The notes under the pieces: model-generated
Told to the model about the DNA's origin: nothing
What the model saw: the letters and a program-made list of their open reading frames with translations, nothing else
Databases searched by the model: none
Translations under genes and position numbers: made by a program
NCBI GenBank assembly: GCA_033763455.1
Contig: JANRKO010000064.1
Coordinates: forward strand, 1-64,000
DNA from: Polyangiaceae bacterium
GTDB lineage: Bacteria; Myxococcota_A; Polyangia; Polyangiales; Polyangiaceae
DNA: 64,000 bases
Direction of reading: 5' to 3'
Shown: one piece after another, positions 36,335 through 45,864 of the stretch
How positions within the stretch are numbered: position 1 is the stretch's first letter
How the letters are laid out: each line of letters starts with the position of its first letter

Positions 36335-37237
36335 TCAGTGGCGCTCGCTTTTCTTGTTTTTTCGCGGGGTCAGGCGAGCTCCAACGGATTCCAGCCGGCC
36401 GGAGGCCGCCTCCAGCCGGACTTCCAGGCCCCCCGCGACCCTCAAGGTCAGGGACTTTCGCCCCAGCTTGCGAGCCCGCTGGAGCTGGTCAATCTGCGCC
36501 CTCCCGAGGGCGATGGCGCCCCCCCGAGCATCATGCACCACCGGCACATCCCCTGAACTGAGCTGATCGGCGAGGGAATTGAGGTGAAGGACGATGCCCG
36601 GGGAAAGTTCTGCGAGGAGGGGCAGGAGCTCGTGCCGAATGCGCACGCGCAGAAACCGAGGGTCAAGATTCGAAGGATCCGTGCTGAACGGCACCCGGTG
36701 CCGAGCAAGGTGTGCGAGCACGGCGGACTTCCCTGCTCGAATCATGGGTCGAATCAAGGACCCATCCCGAGGGGGCAGGACCGAAAGGCCCCGCGGGCCC
36801 GCTCCTCGCAGCAGCCGTTCCAGCACGGTCTCCGCGCGATCCTCGGCGTGGTGAGCCGTGGCAAGAAATGCGGCCCCACTTTCGGCAGCAACCCTGCGAA
36901 GTGCGCCGTAGCGGGCGTCGCGAGCTCTAGCTTGAAGGTTGGAACCGCGGGCCACTGAGAGGTTCACTCGCGTAAATGGAATGCCAAGACTGGAGGCAAA
37001 GCTCGCGGCGAGATCGAGCTCTTGATGTGCCTCAGCACGAAGCCCGTGATCTACCCCACAGGTTATCAATTCAAATTTCAGCTTCTGCCTCAAGAGCGCC
37101 AAGGTGTGCAAAAGCGCCATCGAATCCCCTCCGCCAGAAACAGCGAGCAAGACTTTTGCACCGGGTCCAATTGCACATTCTTCGCGCAGTGTCCGCGAAA
37201 CGAGGGTTAGCAGCGTTGGGGGATGCGAGCGCGGCAT
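36335..37237 (-). CDS. tilS: tRNA(Ile)-lysidine synthase (short form)
   Basis: SGGGDS, DHGLR, ARDARY, TAHHAEDRAET, DPSN; directly upstream of ftsH. Confidence 0.95.
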   Translation of the reverse strand: MPRSHPPTLLTLVSRTLREECAIGPGAKVLLAVSGGGDSMALLHTLALLRQKLKFELITCGVDHGLRAEAHQELDLAASFASSLGIPFTRVNLSVARGSNLQARARDARYGALRRVAAESGAAFLATAHHAEDRAETVLERLLRGAGPRGLSVLPPRDGSLIRPMIRAGKSAVLAHLARHRVPFSTDPSNLDPRFLRVRIRHELLPLLAELSPGIVLHLNSLADQLSSGDVPVVHDARGGAIALGRAQIDQLQRARKLGRKSLTLRVAGGLEVRLEAASGRLESVGARLTPRKNKKSERH

Positions 37238-37247
37238 ATCCTGACGC

Positions 37248-37442
37248 TCAACCTAATTCGAACTCTTTGCAGAACACGACATGCGGGGCGCTTTCGAGTT
37301 CAGCGTTTCTGTGTTCTACATTGGGATAGCCATTGCCACACCCACCGGTCCCCTCGTCAAAGTACGCACAGGCTTCGCACGAGAACTTCAGCGCAAAAGC
37401 GCGAGCTTCGACCAAAAAACGCGGATCGACGGGCGTGATCAC
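37248..37442 (-). CDS. Small four-cysteine protein (64 aa)
   Basis: CEAC-x9-C-x22-C; fits exactly between two co-oriented genes (gaps of 8 and 10 bp). Confidence 0.65.
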   Translation of the reverse strand: MITPVDPRFLVEARAFALKFSCEACAYFDEGTGGCGNGYPNVEHRNAELESAPHVVFCKEFELG

Positions 37443-37450
37443 GGGGGCCT

Positions 37451-38107
37451 TCAGGGAAAGGGCTGAGCGGGCTGTCCACGTTGAAAAAAGAATTCGAAGC
37501 GCCCACGTACCGAGCTTATGCGGGCGCCCGCCGATTCAGGATCAGCCACGAGCTCACGTGGATCCGCGAAATCGGCCACGAAAGAGCCCGCCGTGAGGCG
37601 CTCATCGGCATCCTTCTCATTCGGATCGCCACTAAAGAGCTTGGTGAACTGAACGCTGCCCGAGATAGAATAGACAGCGCCGTTGCTGCCCCGACAACTA
37701 CTGTGAAGAGACAAAGCAAGGCTCACAAGCGGCGTTTCCCCCAGCATACGGGCAGCTCCGGGCGGGGTAACACCATTGGGCAGGCCCACGGGCAAATCCT
37801 GCCCCAGAGCCGCACGCGCACGCGGCAGATCGTACACCACGAGCTGCAGGCCGTCGGAAAATTCGGCGATGTCGTCACCGCGCTGCACGCGGATCATCAA
37901 TGATTTTTCGTCAAAACCTTGAGCGGAGAAAAATGTAGGCTCAAGGTCAAAAGGGCCGTTCCAACAGCCTGTCATCAACAGCTGATCGCTGTGTACCTCG
38001 CCCTCGCCCTGCCCTGTGGTACAGCCGATGGCTAACGCCGCTACCACGACGCCCATGGTTCTAAAGCACATGCTCAAAAGCAGCCCCGAACGATGCGCAC
38101 TCCTCAT
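37451..38107 (-). CDS. Hypothetical lipoprotein
   Basis: Lipobox LAIG-C; ATGA overlap with the mnmA stop. Confidence 0.7.
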   Translation of the reverse strand: MRSAHRSGLLLSMCFRTMGVVVAALAIGCTTGQGEGEVHSDQLLMTGCWNGPFDLEPTFFSAQGFDEKSLMIRVQRGDDIAEFSDGLQLVVYDLPRARAALGQDLPVGLPNGVTPPGAARMLGETPLVSLALSLHSSCRGSNGAVYSISGSVQFTKLFSGDPNEKDADERLTAGSFVADFADPRELVADPESAGARISSVRGRFEFFFQRGQPAQPFP

Positions 38108-39210
38108 GCCGACACCTCCAGTGAGTCCTTGGCCCTCACCTGCGGCAGGGCTTCAACAATCAAGCCGCCCCCGAGCACGCGGTCCCCACGGTAGAACACC
38201 GCATATTGTCCGGGCACCACGGAAGCCACCGGGGAATCGAACAGCACTTGCAAGGAGCCATCTCCCGCACGAAGAACTTGGCAGGGTTCCGTATGTTGGG
38301 AATAGCGCACCGCGACTTCTGCACGCGCCGGCAGCAGAAAGTCATCGAACAGGACGGCTTCTGCTACCTTCGCGCCGCCGGCCAAGAGCTGTTCCCGGCG
38401 CCCGAGCCGCACAATTCCGTGCTCCGGCTCCACGGCAACGACGTACGCCTTATATCCTAGCGCCACGCCGAGGTTCCTGCGCTGGCCTACTGTGTACCCG
38501 TGGATGCCGGCATGTTCGCCCACAGCTTGCCCGGCTTCATCTACGAGCGTTCCCGGGCGCAAGCGATCTTCTGCCCGCTCGGCAACGAAGGCGTCGTAGC
38601 GACCTGTGGGGACAAAACACAATTCCTGGCTCTCACCCTTATGAGCGCCAGGTAGATTGAGGGCTGCGGCCTCCTCTCGCACTTCGCTTTTCGTGGCTTC
38701 ACCCAGCGGAAATACAAGTCGATCAAGGATTGCCTGGGGCAACATGTGCAGGAAATAACTCTGATCTTTGGAGCGATCTCGCCCTCGGTGCAGCCGCATT
38801 ACACCCACTTCAGGTACCAGACGCGCGTAGTGACCAGTGGCGATTTGCTGCGCCCCCAGGCGGTCGGCGAGCCCTAAAAGCTCGTGCATTTTCACGCCGC
38901 GGTTGCAACGGACGCAAGGGCTCGGAGTAACGCCGGAAAGGTAGCTTTCGACGAATGGCTGAACGACTTCCGCGTTGAAAAGCTCACGTCGATCAAACGC
39001 GAAGTGAGGGAACCCGAGAACATCCGCGACGCGACGCGCGTCGTGCACATCTTCGGGGGCGCAGCACCTACCCTTGACGGAATCGTCATCCGGGTAGTCC
39101 CAAAGATGCAGAGTGACCCCCACCACGTCGAACCCCTGACGCATCAAGCGAGCTGCAGCCACGGAGGAATCGACACCCCCGCTCATGGCGACCAAAACAC
39201 GCGTTGACAC
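38104..39210 (-). CDS. mnmA: tRNA 2-thiouridine(34) synthase
   Basis: AMSGGVDSS, TPSPCVRCN, ATGHYAR, KDQSYFL, SQELCF, TVGQRR, PGQ. Confidence 0.97.
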   Translation of the reverse strand: MSTRVLVAMSGGVDSSVAAARLMRQGFDVVGVTLHLWDYPDDDSVKGRCCAPEDVHDARRVADVLGFPHFAFDRRELFNAEVVQPFVESYLSGVTPSPCVRCNRGVKMHELLGLADRLGAQQIATGHYARLVPEVGVMRLHRGRDRSKDQSYFLHMLPQAILDRLVFPLGEATKSEVREEAAALNLPGAHKGESQELCFVPTGRYDAFVAERAEDRLRPGTLVDEAGQAVGEHAGIHGYTVGQRRNLGVALGYKAYVVAVEPEHGIVRLGRREQLLAGGAKVAEAVLFDDFLLPARAEVAVRYSQHTEPCQVLRAGDGSLQVLFDSPVASVVPGQYAVFYRGDRVLGGGLIVEALPQVRAKDSLEVSA

Positions 39211-39303
39211 GAGGCTGAGCTTAGTCGGGGTGTTAAAACAAATCGACCGCGAGTTCGCCGAACGTGCCCAGAGCTAGCTCCATTTTCCTACACAAACCGA
39301 GCT

Positions 39304-40014
39304 TTATGCCGCGTGAGAGCGCAGCCGCTTAGTGAGGCGCTCCAAGGCGCGCGAATGCAGCCGGCTCGCCCAAGACTTGCTCAAGCCGAGGTCGTCCGCC
39401 ACGTGATCAAAGCGCTCGCCACCCAGATAGTGCCGGCGAACCAGCTCCGCTTCCTGCTCGGGCAGCTCCTGAATAGCGTCCCTTACAAGGTGGAGCAGCT
39501 GAGCTCTGCCGAGCGCTTCCTCTGGAGATTCCTCCGGCGCCAACGAAACGCGCTCACCCTCTTCCCCCCGTACGGTTTCGCTCAGAAACCCTGTGGCCAT
39601 GGCGGTAGCCATCGCGGCCAAGTGCGTACCCAAAGCCTCATGTGCCTGCTGAGCGGTGCTCCCGGGCGCAGCCTCCACCTGCGCGTCTTCAGCTTTGCCC
39701 TCGCTGTATTGGCTGGCTGCTTGGAGCGCAAAGAGCCTCGCGTGTACGCGTCGCGGCAGGCGCCCCGTCGCGCGCACTCCGTCGATCACGGCCCCCTTCA
39801 CTCGGAAATTGGCGTAAGCCTTGAACGGCACCCCGCGCTCGGGATCAAAACGCCGAGCAGCCTCCCACAGCCCCTCTCGACCGAAACTTCTGAGGTCGTC
39901 AAGCTCCATGCTGGGCCCCACCGAACGCGCAAGCTGCCGGACAATGATCTCAACCAACTCAAGCTGCTGCTCGAAGCGTTCGAGAACCTCTGGCGAATCA
40001 ACAGCTTTAGCCAC
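39304..40014 (-). CDS. Sigma-70 family factor, FliA/WhiG-like
   Basis: DDLRSFGREGL.EAARRFDPERGVPFKAYA.FRVKGAVID and region 4 LPEQE...LGLSKSWASRLH. GTG start at 40014 chosen to avoid overlap with the divergent gene. Confidence 0.88.
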   Translation of the reverse strand: MAKAVDSPEVLERFEQQLELVEIIVRQLARSVGPSMELDDLRSFGREGLWEAARRFDPERGVPFKAYANFRVKGAVIDGVRATGRLPRRVHARLFALQAASQYSEGKAEDAQVEAAPGSTAQQAHEALGTHLAAMATAMATGFLSETVRGEEGERVSLAPEESPEEALGRAQLLHLVRDAIQELPEQEAELVRRHYLGGERFDHVADDLGLSKSWASRLHSRALERLTKRLRSHAA

Positions 40015-40141
40015 GGCGTGCGAAGACCCTATCCCAGCTCGGCCGCCCTGTGCATGGCTTTTTGCCTCCCGAGCGCTCGGCCCAGTTGGACAGATGGTCC
40101 CGAGTGCCTTCTGCTGAGGAACGTGCAATAGTAGTTCACCT

Positions 40142-40735
40142 ATGGCGCGCTGGGGCCGTGTTGCGGCCATGTACACGTTAATTGCCATCCCGACGTGCGT
40201 GCTTTTGGCGATTCTGCGTGAAGGGTCACCGCTGCTCATGAGCGGCGCCTGGCTTACCTTACCGCCAGCCGCGAGCCACACTTGCAGCTTGTTGCTCGGC
40301 TTAGCCTTCGGGAGCCTGGTGGCGGCCATCACTCGGCCCATGGTGCTGCGGCTAGGTTGGGCCAAAGAGCTGCACTCCACGCTGCGCCCGTTTGCGCGGG
40401 GGCTCTCCCGCGGAGCGGTGGTGTGCTTGGCTATCTTGAGTGCTATCTGCGAGGAGCTGTTGTTCCGTGGGCTGCTGCAGCCGTGGCTCGGCCTACTGCC
40501 TCAGGCAGTCCTGTTCGGCTTGGTTCACCAGGTGCCTGGCAAGAGCCGCTGGGTCTGGGTGGCCTGGGCGACGCTGATGGGGGCCTTGTTGGGGAGTATT
40601 TTTCAGCTCACCGGGTCGCTCGTCGGAGCGGTCGCGGCCCACGCACTGATCAACGGATTTAACCTGTCTTTCCTTAAGCACCACGATACCCGCGAGCCCC
40701 GTCGACGGCTGGGTGGCCTGTTAGGGCAGATGTAG
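40142..40735 (+). CDS. CPBP family (CAAX/Abi) intramembrane metalloprotease
   Basis: EELLFRG, FGLVH and HALIN motifs; several TM helices. Confidence 0.88.
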   Translation: MARWGRVAAMYTLIAIPTCVLLAILREGSPLLMSGAWLTLPPAASHTCSLLLGLAFGSLVAAITRPMVLRLGWAKELHSTLRPFARGLSRGAVVCLAILSAICEELLFRGLLQPWLGLLPQAVLFGLVHQVPGKSRWVWVAWATLMGALLGSIFQLTGSLVGAVAAHALINGFNLSFLKHHDTREPRRRLGGLLGQM

Positions 40736-40765
40736 GACGGTCGCACTTGCGAGTCCCGTGGTAGG

Positions 40766-42322
40766 GTGGGCTTGACGCACTTGTCCTCCTCGCCTTCCCT
40801 CGAAGACTTGACCGCCCCGCTCATTGCCCTGCCCTCGGCGTTGCCGCGCGAGGAGCGGCCCCGCGTGCTCGTGGTGGACGACGAGAAGTTTATCCGCGAC
40901 ATCTTGGCGGACTTCTTGGGAATGGAGGGCTACACGGTACGCACCGCGGAGGACGGCCAAAGTGCCATGCGTGAGCTCGAAAGGGCTAAATACGATCTGG
41001 TGATTACGGATCTCAAGATGCCAAAAATGGGCGGCATCGAATTGCTGAAAGAACTCTCAACACACTACCCCGACACGCTGGCCATCATCATGACCGGCTT
41101 TGGCACGGTTGAGACAGCCATCGATGCTATGAAAAAGGGTGCGTACGATTACGTGCTGAAGCCCTTCAAAGTCCAAGAGATCTTGCACATCGCCGAGCGC
41201 GGCCTGGAAAAGCAACGCCTGGCCGCAGAGAATCTCAAGCTGCGCGAGGCCCTCTCGCTCTACAAAGTGTCCGAAGCCATAGCTTCGAGCCTTTCGCTCG
41301 ACGAAGTAGTGGCAACCCTGGAAGCAAGCGCCCTTGAGGAGCTCCGAGCAGATCTCGTAATGACGTGGCTCGATGACGGGCGTGGTGGTTTTTTTGAACG
41401 CGCAGCCAAATGCACGGCGGACTATCCGAGCGAAGAAATCCTCGGAAAGCTGGAGGGCAATGAGGTAGTACGGCGCCTCAAAGAGGGAGAAATCGTTCTC
41501 GTAAATGGTCAGAAAGCGGCAGTGCTCTTTGAGGCTCAACCGCCCCGTGGTGCGCACAGCGTGCTCATCGTTCCGCTCAAGATGCAGCAGCGATTGCTAG
41601 GCTTTATTGCAGTCGTATCGGTGACACCGAGTAAGCGTTTTGAAGAAGGCCAGCGCAAGCTCCTCAGCATTACGGCTTCGCGCGCAGCAGCCGCCATCGA
41701 AAATGCTCGGCTCTATGGAGATTTGCAAGCCACCTTCCAGCAAACGATCCAAAGCCTCGCCAACACCATCGACAAGATGGATCGCTACACTGCCGGGCAT
41801 TCGCAGCGCGTGGCGCGTTACGCCGTAAAGCTTGCCGGCTGGATTGGCCTCTCGCCCGAAGAAGTGGAAACGGTGCGGCAGGCCGCGCTCATGCACGACA
41901 TCGGCAAGATAGGCTGCGTGATGAACCTTAACAAGCCAGGCAAGCTCACCCAAGATGAGTATGAAGTGTTCAAGAAACATCCGGCGCACGGCCGGGAGAT
42001 CCTCGATCCAATTCGTTTCTTGGAGCCGGTAATCCCTGGGGTGCACCTGCACCACGAACGTTGGGACGGCCGAGGCTATCCGCTCGGCCTTTCAGGGAAG
42101 AACATCCCCTTGATAGCCCGCATCATCTCCGTGGCAGATACCTACGACGCCATGACTAGCGATCGCGCCTACCGCCGCGCATTGCCTCACGAAGTGACCA
42201 TCAACGAAATCGAACGCTGCTCGACCCTGCAGTTTGATCCGGACATGGTGGGCATTTTTACGGAGAACATCGATACGCTGCGCGAGCAGCTGCGTGCGAC
42301 GGGCGTCGAGATCCCTGAGTAG
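40766..42322 (+). CDS. Response regulator with receiver, GAF and HD-GYP phosphodiesterase domains
   Basis: VVDDE/ITDLKMP/KPF receiver; GAF ending AIENARLY; HDIGK and HHERWDGRGYP. Confidence 0.92.
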   Translation: MGLTHLSSSPSLEDLTAPLIALPSALPREERPRVLVVDDEKFIRDILADFLGMEGYTVRTAEDGQSAMRELERAKYDLVITDLKMPKMGGIELLKELSTHYPDTLAIIMTGFGTVETAIDAMKKGAYDYVLKPFKVQEILHIAERGLEKQRLAAENLKLREALSLYKVSEAIASSLSLDEVVATLEASALEELRADLVMTWLDDGRGGFFERAAKCTADYPSEEILGKLEGNEVVRRLKEGEIVLVNGQKAAVLFEAQPPRGAHSVLIVPLKMQQRLLGFIAVVSVTPSKRFEEGQRKLLSITASRAAAAIENARLYGDLQATFQQTIQSLANTIDKMDRYTAGHSQRVARYAVKLAGWIGLSPEEVETVRQAALMHDIGKIGCVMNLNKPGKLTQDEYEVFKKHPAHGREILDPIRFLEPVIPGVHLHHERWDGRGYPLGLSGKNIPLIARIISVADTYDAMTSDRAYRRALPHEVTINEIERCSTLQFDPDMVGIFTENIDTLREQLRATGVEIPE

Positions 42323-42340
42323 CCAAAAGCATTCTTGTTG

Positions 42341-43099
42341 ATGAGCACACGAACGATTTTAGGCTACTGGCTCGGGCAGAGGAGCTACGCCGAATCGCTC
42401 CTATTGCAGGAGTATCTACATGCCTTGCGCCGAGAGCAGCGCATCCCAGATACCGTGCTTTTTCTCGAGCACGAGCCCGTCATCACTCTAGGAAGAGGGG
42501 CGAAAGCAGAACACCTCTTGGCGTCAGAGGCCGAACTCGGGGAGCGTCGGGTTGCTCTCGTCAAAACGGGGCGAGGGGGAGATGTCACCTTGCACGCGCC
42601 TGGGCAGTTGGTGTGTTATCCAATTTTTGATCTTGCGCCAGATCGCCAAGACGTGCGCGCGTACGTGAATCGGCTGACCGAAGTGATGCAGGGGATCGTG
42701 GCAACCTATGGGATTTCGGCCGGTAACATACCCGGGTACGTCGGGTTATGGGTGGACGCCGATTCGCCGAGCGTTTGGCCTGGACGTGAATCTGCGCTCA
42801 CACCCAAGAAGCTGGGCGCAATTGGGGTTCGGATTTCACGCTGGGTCACCATGCATGGGTTCGCCCTCAACTTGTCGATCGATCTATCGCAGTTCAGCCT
42901 TATCGTTCCGTGCGGCATCCGAGAGTACGGAGTGACCTCGCTCAGCGCTCTTACGGGTTCAGCACCCAGTGCCTTCGAAGCCGCCGAGCTTGCGTTCGGT
43001 TTGTTCGGGCGTACCTTCCGCGCCACCATCGGGCCACTCTTCTCGCTCGAAGGGGAGGACCCACAACGGCATTTCGAGAGAACTCTAGAAGCGAGCTAG
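42341..43099 (+). CDS. lipB: Lipoyl(octanoyl) transferase
   Basis: EHEPVITLG, RGGDVTLHAPGQLVCYP, KLGAIG, HGFALN, IVPCG. Confidence 0.96.
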   Translation: MSTRTILGYWLGQRSYAESLLLQEYLHALRREQRIPDTVLFLEHEPVITLGRGAKAEHLLASEAELGERRVALVKTGRGGDVTLHAPGQLVCYPIFDLAPDRQDVRAYVNRLTEVMQGIVATYGISAGNIPGYVGLWVDADSPSVWPGRESALTPKKLGAIGVRISRWVTMHGFALNLSIDLSQFSLIVPCGIREYGVTSLSALTGSAPSAFEAAELAFGLFGRTFRATIGPLFSLEGEDPQRHFERTLEAS

Positions 43100-43103
43100 G
43101 GCT

Positions 43104-43817
43104 TCAGAAGCGCGGAGAGGCTTCGGCAATCTTCGTTGTACGTAGGTACATCTGCGCGATTTTATGGTTTGGCGAGATCTGAAGCACTTCTTCGAGCTCT
43201 CTTCTTGCCTGCGCAGCTTGGCCCTCTTGCAGCAAGATGCTGGCAAAAGCGACGCGAGCTTGCACAAACTTCGGGTCGGTTTCCTTGGCGATTCTAAGGT
43301 GTTCCTTGGCTCGGTTGAGATCACCCGAATCGCGGTAGAGCACGGCCAGCTTGGTTCGAAGATCTAAAAATGTCGGCCGCAGAGCAACCGCCAATTCAAG
43401 CTCACGCGTCGCGTCCCCGACGCGGCCGATATCCGAATAGGCTTGCGCAATCTCTGCGTGCATGTTGGCAATCCGCCCCATGGCGAAAGTATCCGGTGCG
43501 TGGCCGGCACCAGTGTCGCGCAGCGCCGCGTAAAGGCCACGAGCAGCGTCGTAACGGCCAAGATCATTGTAAACCACCATGAGGTTCAAGCGCGCTTCGG
43601 TGTAGCTGGGGCTAAGCTCAACTGCTCGCTCGAAGTGCTTCTGGGCCCGCTCGAAGTCACCATTGCTGTGAGCGATCACGCCCAGCATGTTGTAGACATC
43701 GGCAAAGCGATCGTTCTGTTCCACCACCTGCCGCAGCAAATACTCGGCCTTGTCGTACTCGTTCTGCTCAAAATGTTGGCGAGCGAGAGCAAGCAGTTGC
43801 TTCAGATGTTCGTCCAT
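43104..43817 (-). CDS. Tetratricopeptide repeat protein
   Basis: Repeated TPR pattern (YNMLGVI..GDFERA..FERAVELSP); ATG at 43817. Confidence 0.85.
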   Translation of the reverse strand: MDEHLKQLLALARQHFEQNEYDKAEYLLRQVVEQNDRFADVYNMLGVIAHSNGDFERAQKHFERAVELSPSYTEARLNLMVVYNDLGRYDAARGLYAALRDTGAGHAPDTFAMGRIANMHAEIAQAYSDIGRVGDATRELELAVALRPTFLDLRTKLAVLYRDSGDLNRAKEHLRIAKETDPKFVQARVAFASILLQEGQAAQARRELEEVLQISPNHKIAQMYLRTTKIAEASPRF

Positions 43818-43926
43818 GGCGCGCGCGACTGTGCCGCCAAATCCCCGCTTCGCCAAGGCGAAGAAGTCCCGGAAGCACCAACCTCTCCCCAGCCAGTGAA
43901 CACTTGCTCACCCTCCGCTCATCGCT

Positions 43927-45864
43927 TTGGGTTGCTCGGCCGTCTTCTCGCTGCTACCAGGCTGGCCAGTGCCAACGTCACCGGAATCGGGTGGCCCGAC
44001 GCATCTGGGCCGGATCGTAGATCCGCTGGCTGCCGAGGACCTAGAAGATGTGGCCGATTTGCCGCAAGGCTCGGTTCACCCGGTACGGGAGCGCATGCTC
44101 GAGCGATCTCGGGCCGCCGCCGAGGCTCGCCCGCGGGAAGATTTCCCCAAAGCACGCGCCATTCGAACCACGTCGGGCCCTATTGGTCGACGTCGTCGCG
44201 GTGGCCTCTCCCCGTGGCTCCGCATCGTCTTCGGCAGTCTGATGGCGCTTGCCGTGGTGGCAACCCTCATCGCCGTAGTGATGAACCTGAACCTCGATCA
44301 GAATCTGAGCTTGCTTGGGAAAACAACACCAAGCCCCCCATCCAGTGCGACGAGCGCTGCAGCCTCGCCAGCACCCGCGCCCACTCGTGCTCCACCATTG
44401 CCTCCACCACCGGGCCCCTGGCGAATTGAGGACGCGAGAAACGATCCCGGCGTCAGAATATTGCGCGGCACATTCAAGGATCAGCCATTCTTGAAAGCGC
44501 TTCAAGCAGCCGGGCTCGATTTGAAGCAAGCGTATCGCGCGATGGTGGCATTGAAGGGGCAAAGGGATCTCAATCGCTGCGGCCCGCGGCACGAATTCTT
44601 GGCGCTCGTTGAACGCGGGTCGGGAACCCTCAAAGCCTTCGAATACATCGAAAACAAGGAGACCGTCTTCCAGGCAAAAACCGCACAGAACGGCTTCCTA
44701 GTAGGCACCAAGCTCGACCTTCTGGTGCGTCGCGAGCAAACAACAGGAGCCTTGCTCCTTGGATCGGATTTCGCTGCCGCCGCGAAAGCGGGCGGATTTG
44801 ATCCGAGCGTGCGGTCGGTGTTGGCGGACGCCTTGATGGGGCACGAAAGCCTTGAAGAGCTTACCGTTCCGGCCACACTCCGAATCGTGGCCCAACAAGT
44901 AACCGTGGCGGGAGCTTTCTCTCGCTACGCGGGCATCGAAGCGCTCGAACTCAAGCAACCGAACGCAGAACCCCTGCGCCTCTATTATTTCCGAGGCGCG
45001 CGCGTCAAAGGCTACTTTGACGCAAAGGGCCGTTCGTTCCACGAGGGCGGCTGGCGCAAACCGATACCCGGGGCATTGGTCTCTTCTCCCTTCAATCCCA
45101 AGCGGATGCACCCAGTGTTGCACAAGATCATGCCCCACAACGGGACGGACTTCGGCGCCCCAATGGGGGAGCCCGTCTACGCTTCGGCGCCCGGAACGGT
45201 CAAATCTCTTGGCCCTGCTGGGCCGAGCGGGAACCTCGTTGTTCTTGCGCATCCGGGCAACATCGAAACCGGTTACGCACACCTCTCGCGTTTTGCCGAC
45301 GGGCTGAAGGTCGGGGACAAAGTGAAACGCCTGCAATTGGTCGGATATGTGGGCTCTACAGGACGCTCCACCGGGCCTCACCTCCATTTTAGTGTGAAGA
45401 AGAATGGCGTCTTCGTGGACTCTGCCACGCTTAACCTTGACGGATTAACGACTCTTCCGAGCGACGAGAAGGCGGCGTTCGAGGAACTTCGCCAAAAGTA
45501 CGATGCCCAGCTCAACGCTATTCCTGTTCCGGAATTGCCCAAACCTGCGGCTCCCCCTAAAGGCGAGGCAGGTATGCCAAAGGCGGCCTCAGGCAGCGAA
45601 ATTACGGCGAGTTTCGACGAGAGTGACCTCGGTTCGGGAGACACAACACCGAACGCCCCGGGGCCACCACCCGCCGCGGCGCCCCCTGCCAACAGTACGC
45701 CCCCAAGGCCTGTTGCCACCGCCACAACTCCACCGCTTCCGGCGCCAGCTCTACCATCCCCCACCGCCACCAGCCGAACTACGGGGGCGAGTGTGATCTA
45801 CCTTGATGACTCTGAACTTCAGAAGCTGCAAGCGCCCAGCGACGACGGCCTCGTCGCGCCCTAG
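43927..45864 (+). CDS. M23 family metallopeptidase, membrane-anchored, Pro-rich tail
   Basis: HNGTDF, YAHLS, GRSTGPHLHF zinc motifs; one TM helix. Start uncertain and probably somewhat downstream. Confidence 0.88.
   Translation: MGCSAVFSLLPGWPVPTSPESGGPTHLGRIVDPLAAEDLEDVADLPQGSVHPVRERMLERSRAAAEARPREDFPKARAIRTTSGPIGRRRRGGLSPWLRIVFGSLMALAVVATLIAVVMNLNLDQNLSLLGKTTPSPPSSATSAAASPAPAPTRAPPLPPPPGPWRIEDARNDPGVRILRGTFKDQPFLKALQAAGLDLKQAYRAMVALKGQRDLNRCGPRHEFLALVERGSGTLKAFEYIENKETVFQAKTAQNGFLVGTKLDLLVRREQTTGALLLGSDFAAAAKAGGFDPSVRSVLADALMGHESLEELTVPATLRIVAQQVTVAGAFSRYAGIEALELKQPNAEPLRLYYFRGARVKGYFDAKGRSFHEGGWRKPIPGALVSSPFNPKRMHPVLHKIMPHNGTDFGAPMGEPVYASAPGTVKSLGPAGPSGNLVVLAHPGNIETGYAHLSRFADGLKVGDKVKRLQLVGYVGSTGRSTGPHLHFSVKKNGVFVDSATLNLDGLTTLPSDEKAAFEELRQKYDAQLNAIPVPELPKPAAPPKGEAGMPKAASGSEITASFDESDLGSGDTTPNAPGPPPAAAPPANSTPPRPVATATTPPLPAPALPSPTATSRTTGASVIYLDDSELQKLQAPSDDGLVAP

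Noticed and set aside
40015..40380. N-terminal extension of the sigma factor ORF
   Set aside because: It overlaps the divergent CPBP gene and has no sigma-like sequence.
43443..44429. 328-aa + strand ORF
   Set aside because: It overlaps the TPR gene antisense and the M23 gene out of frame, with no protein-like features.
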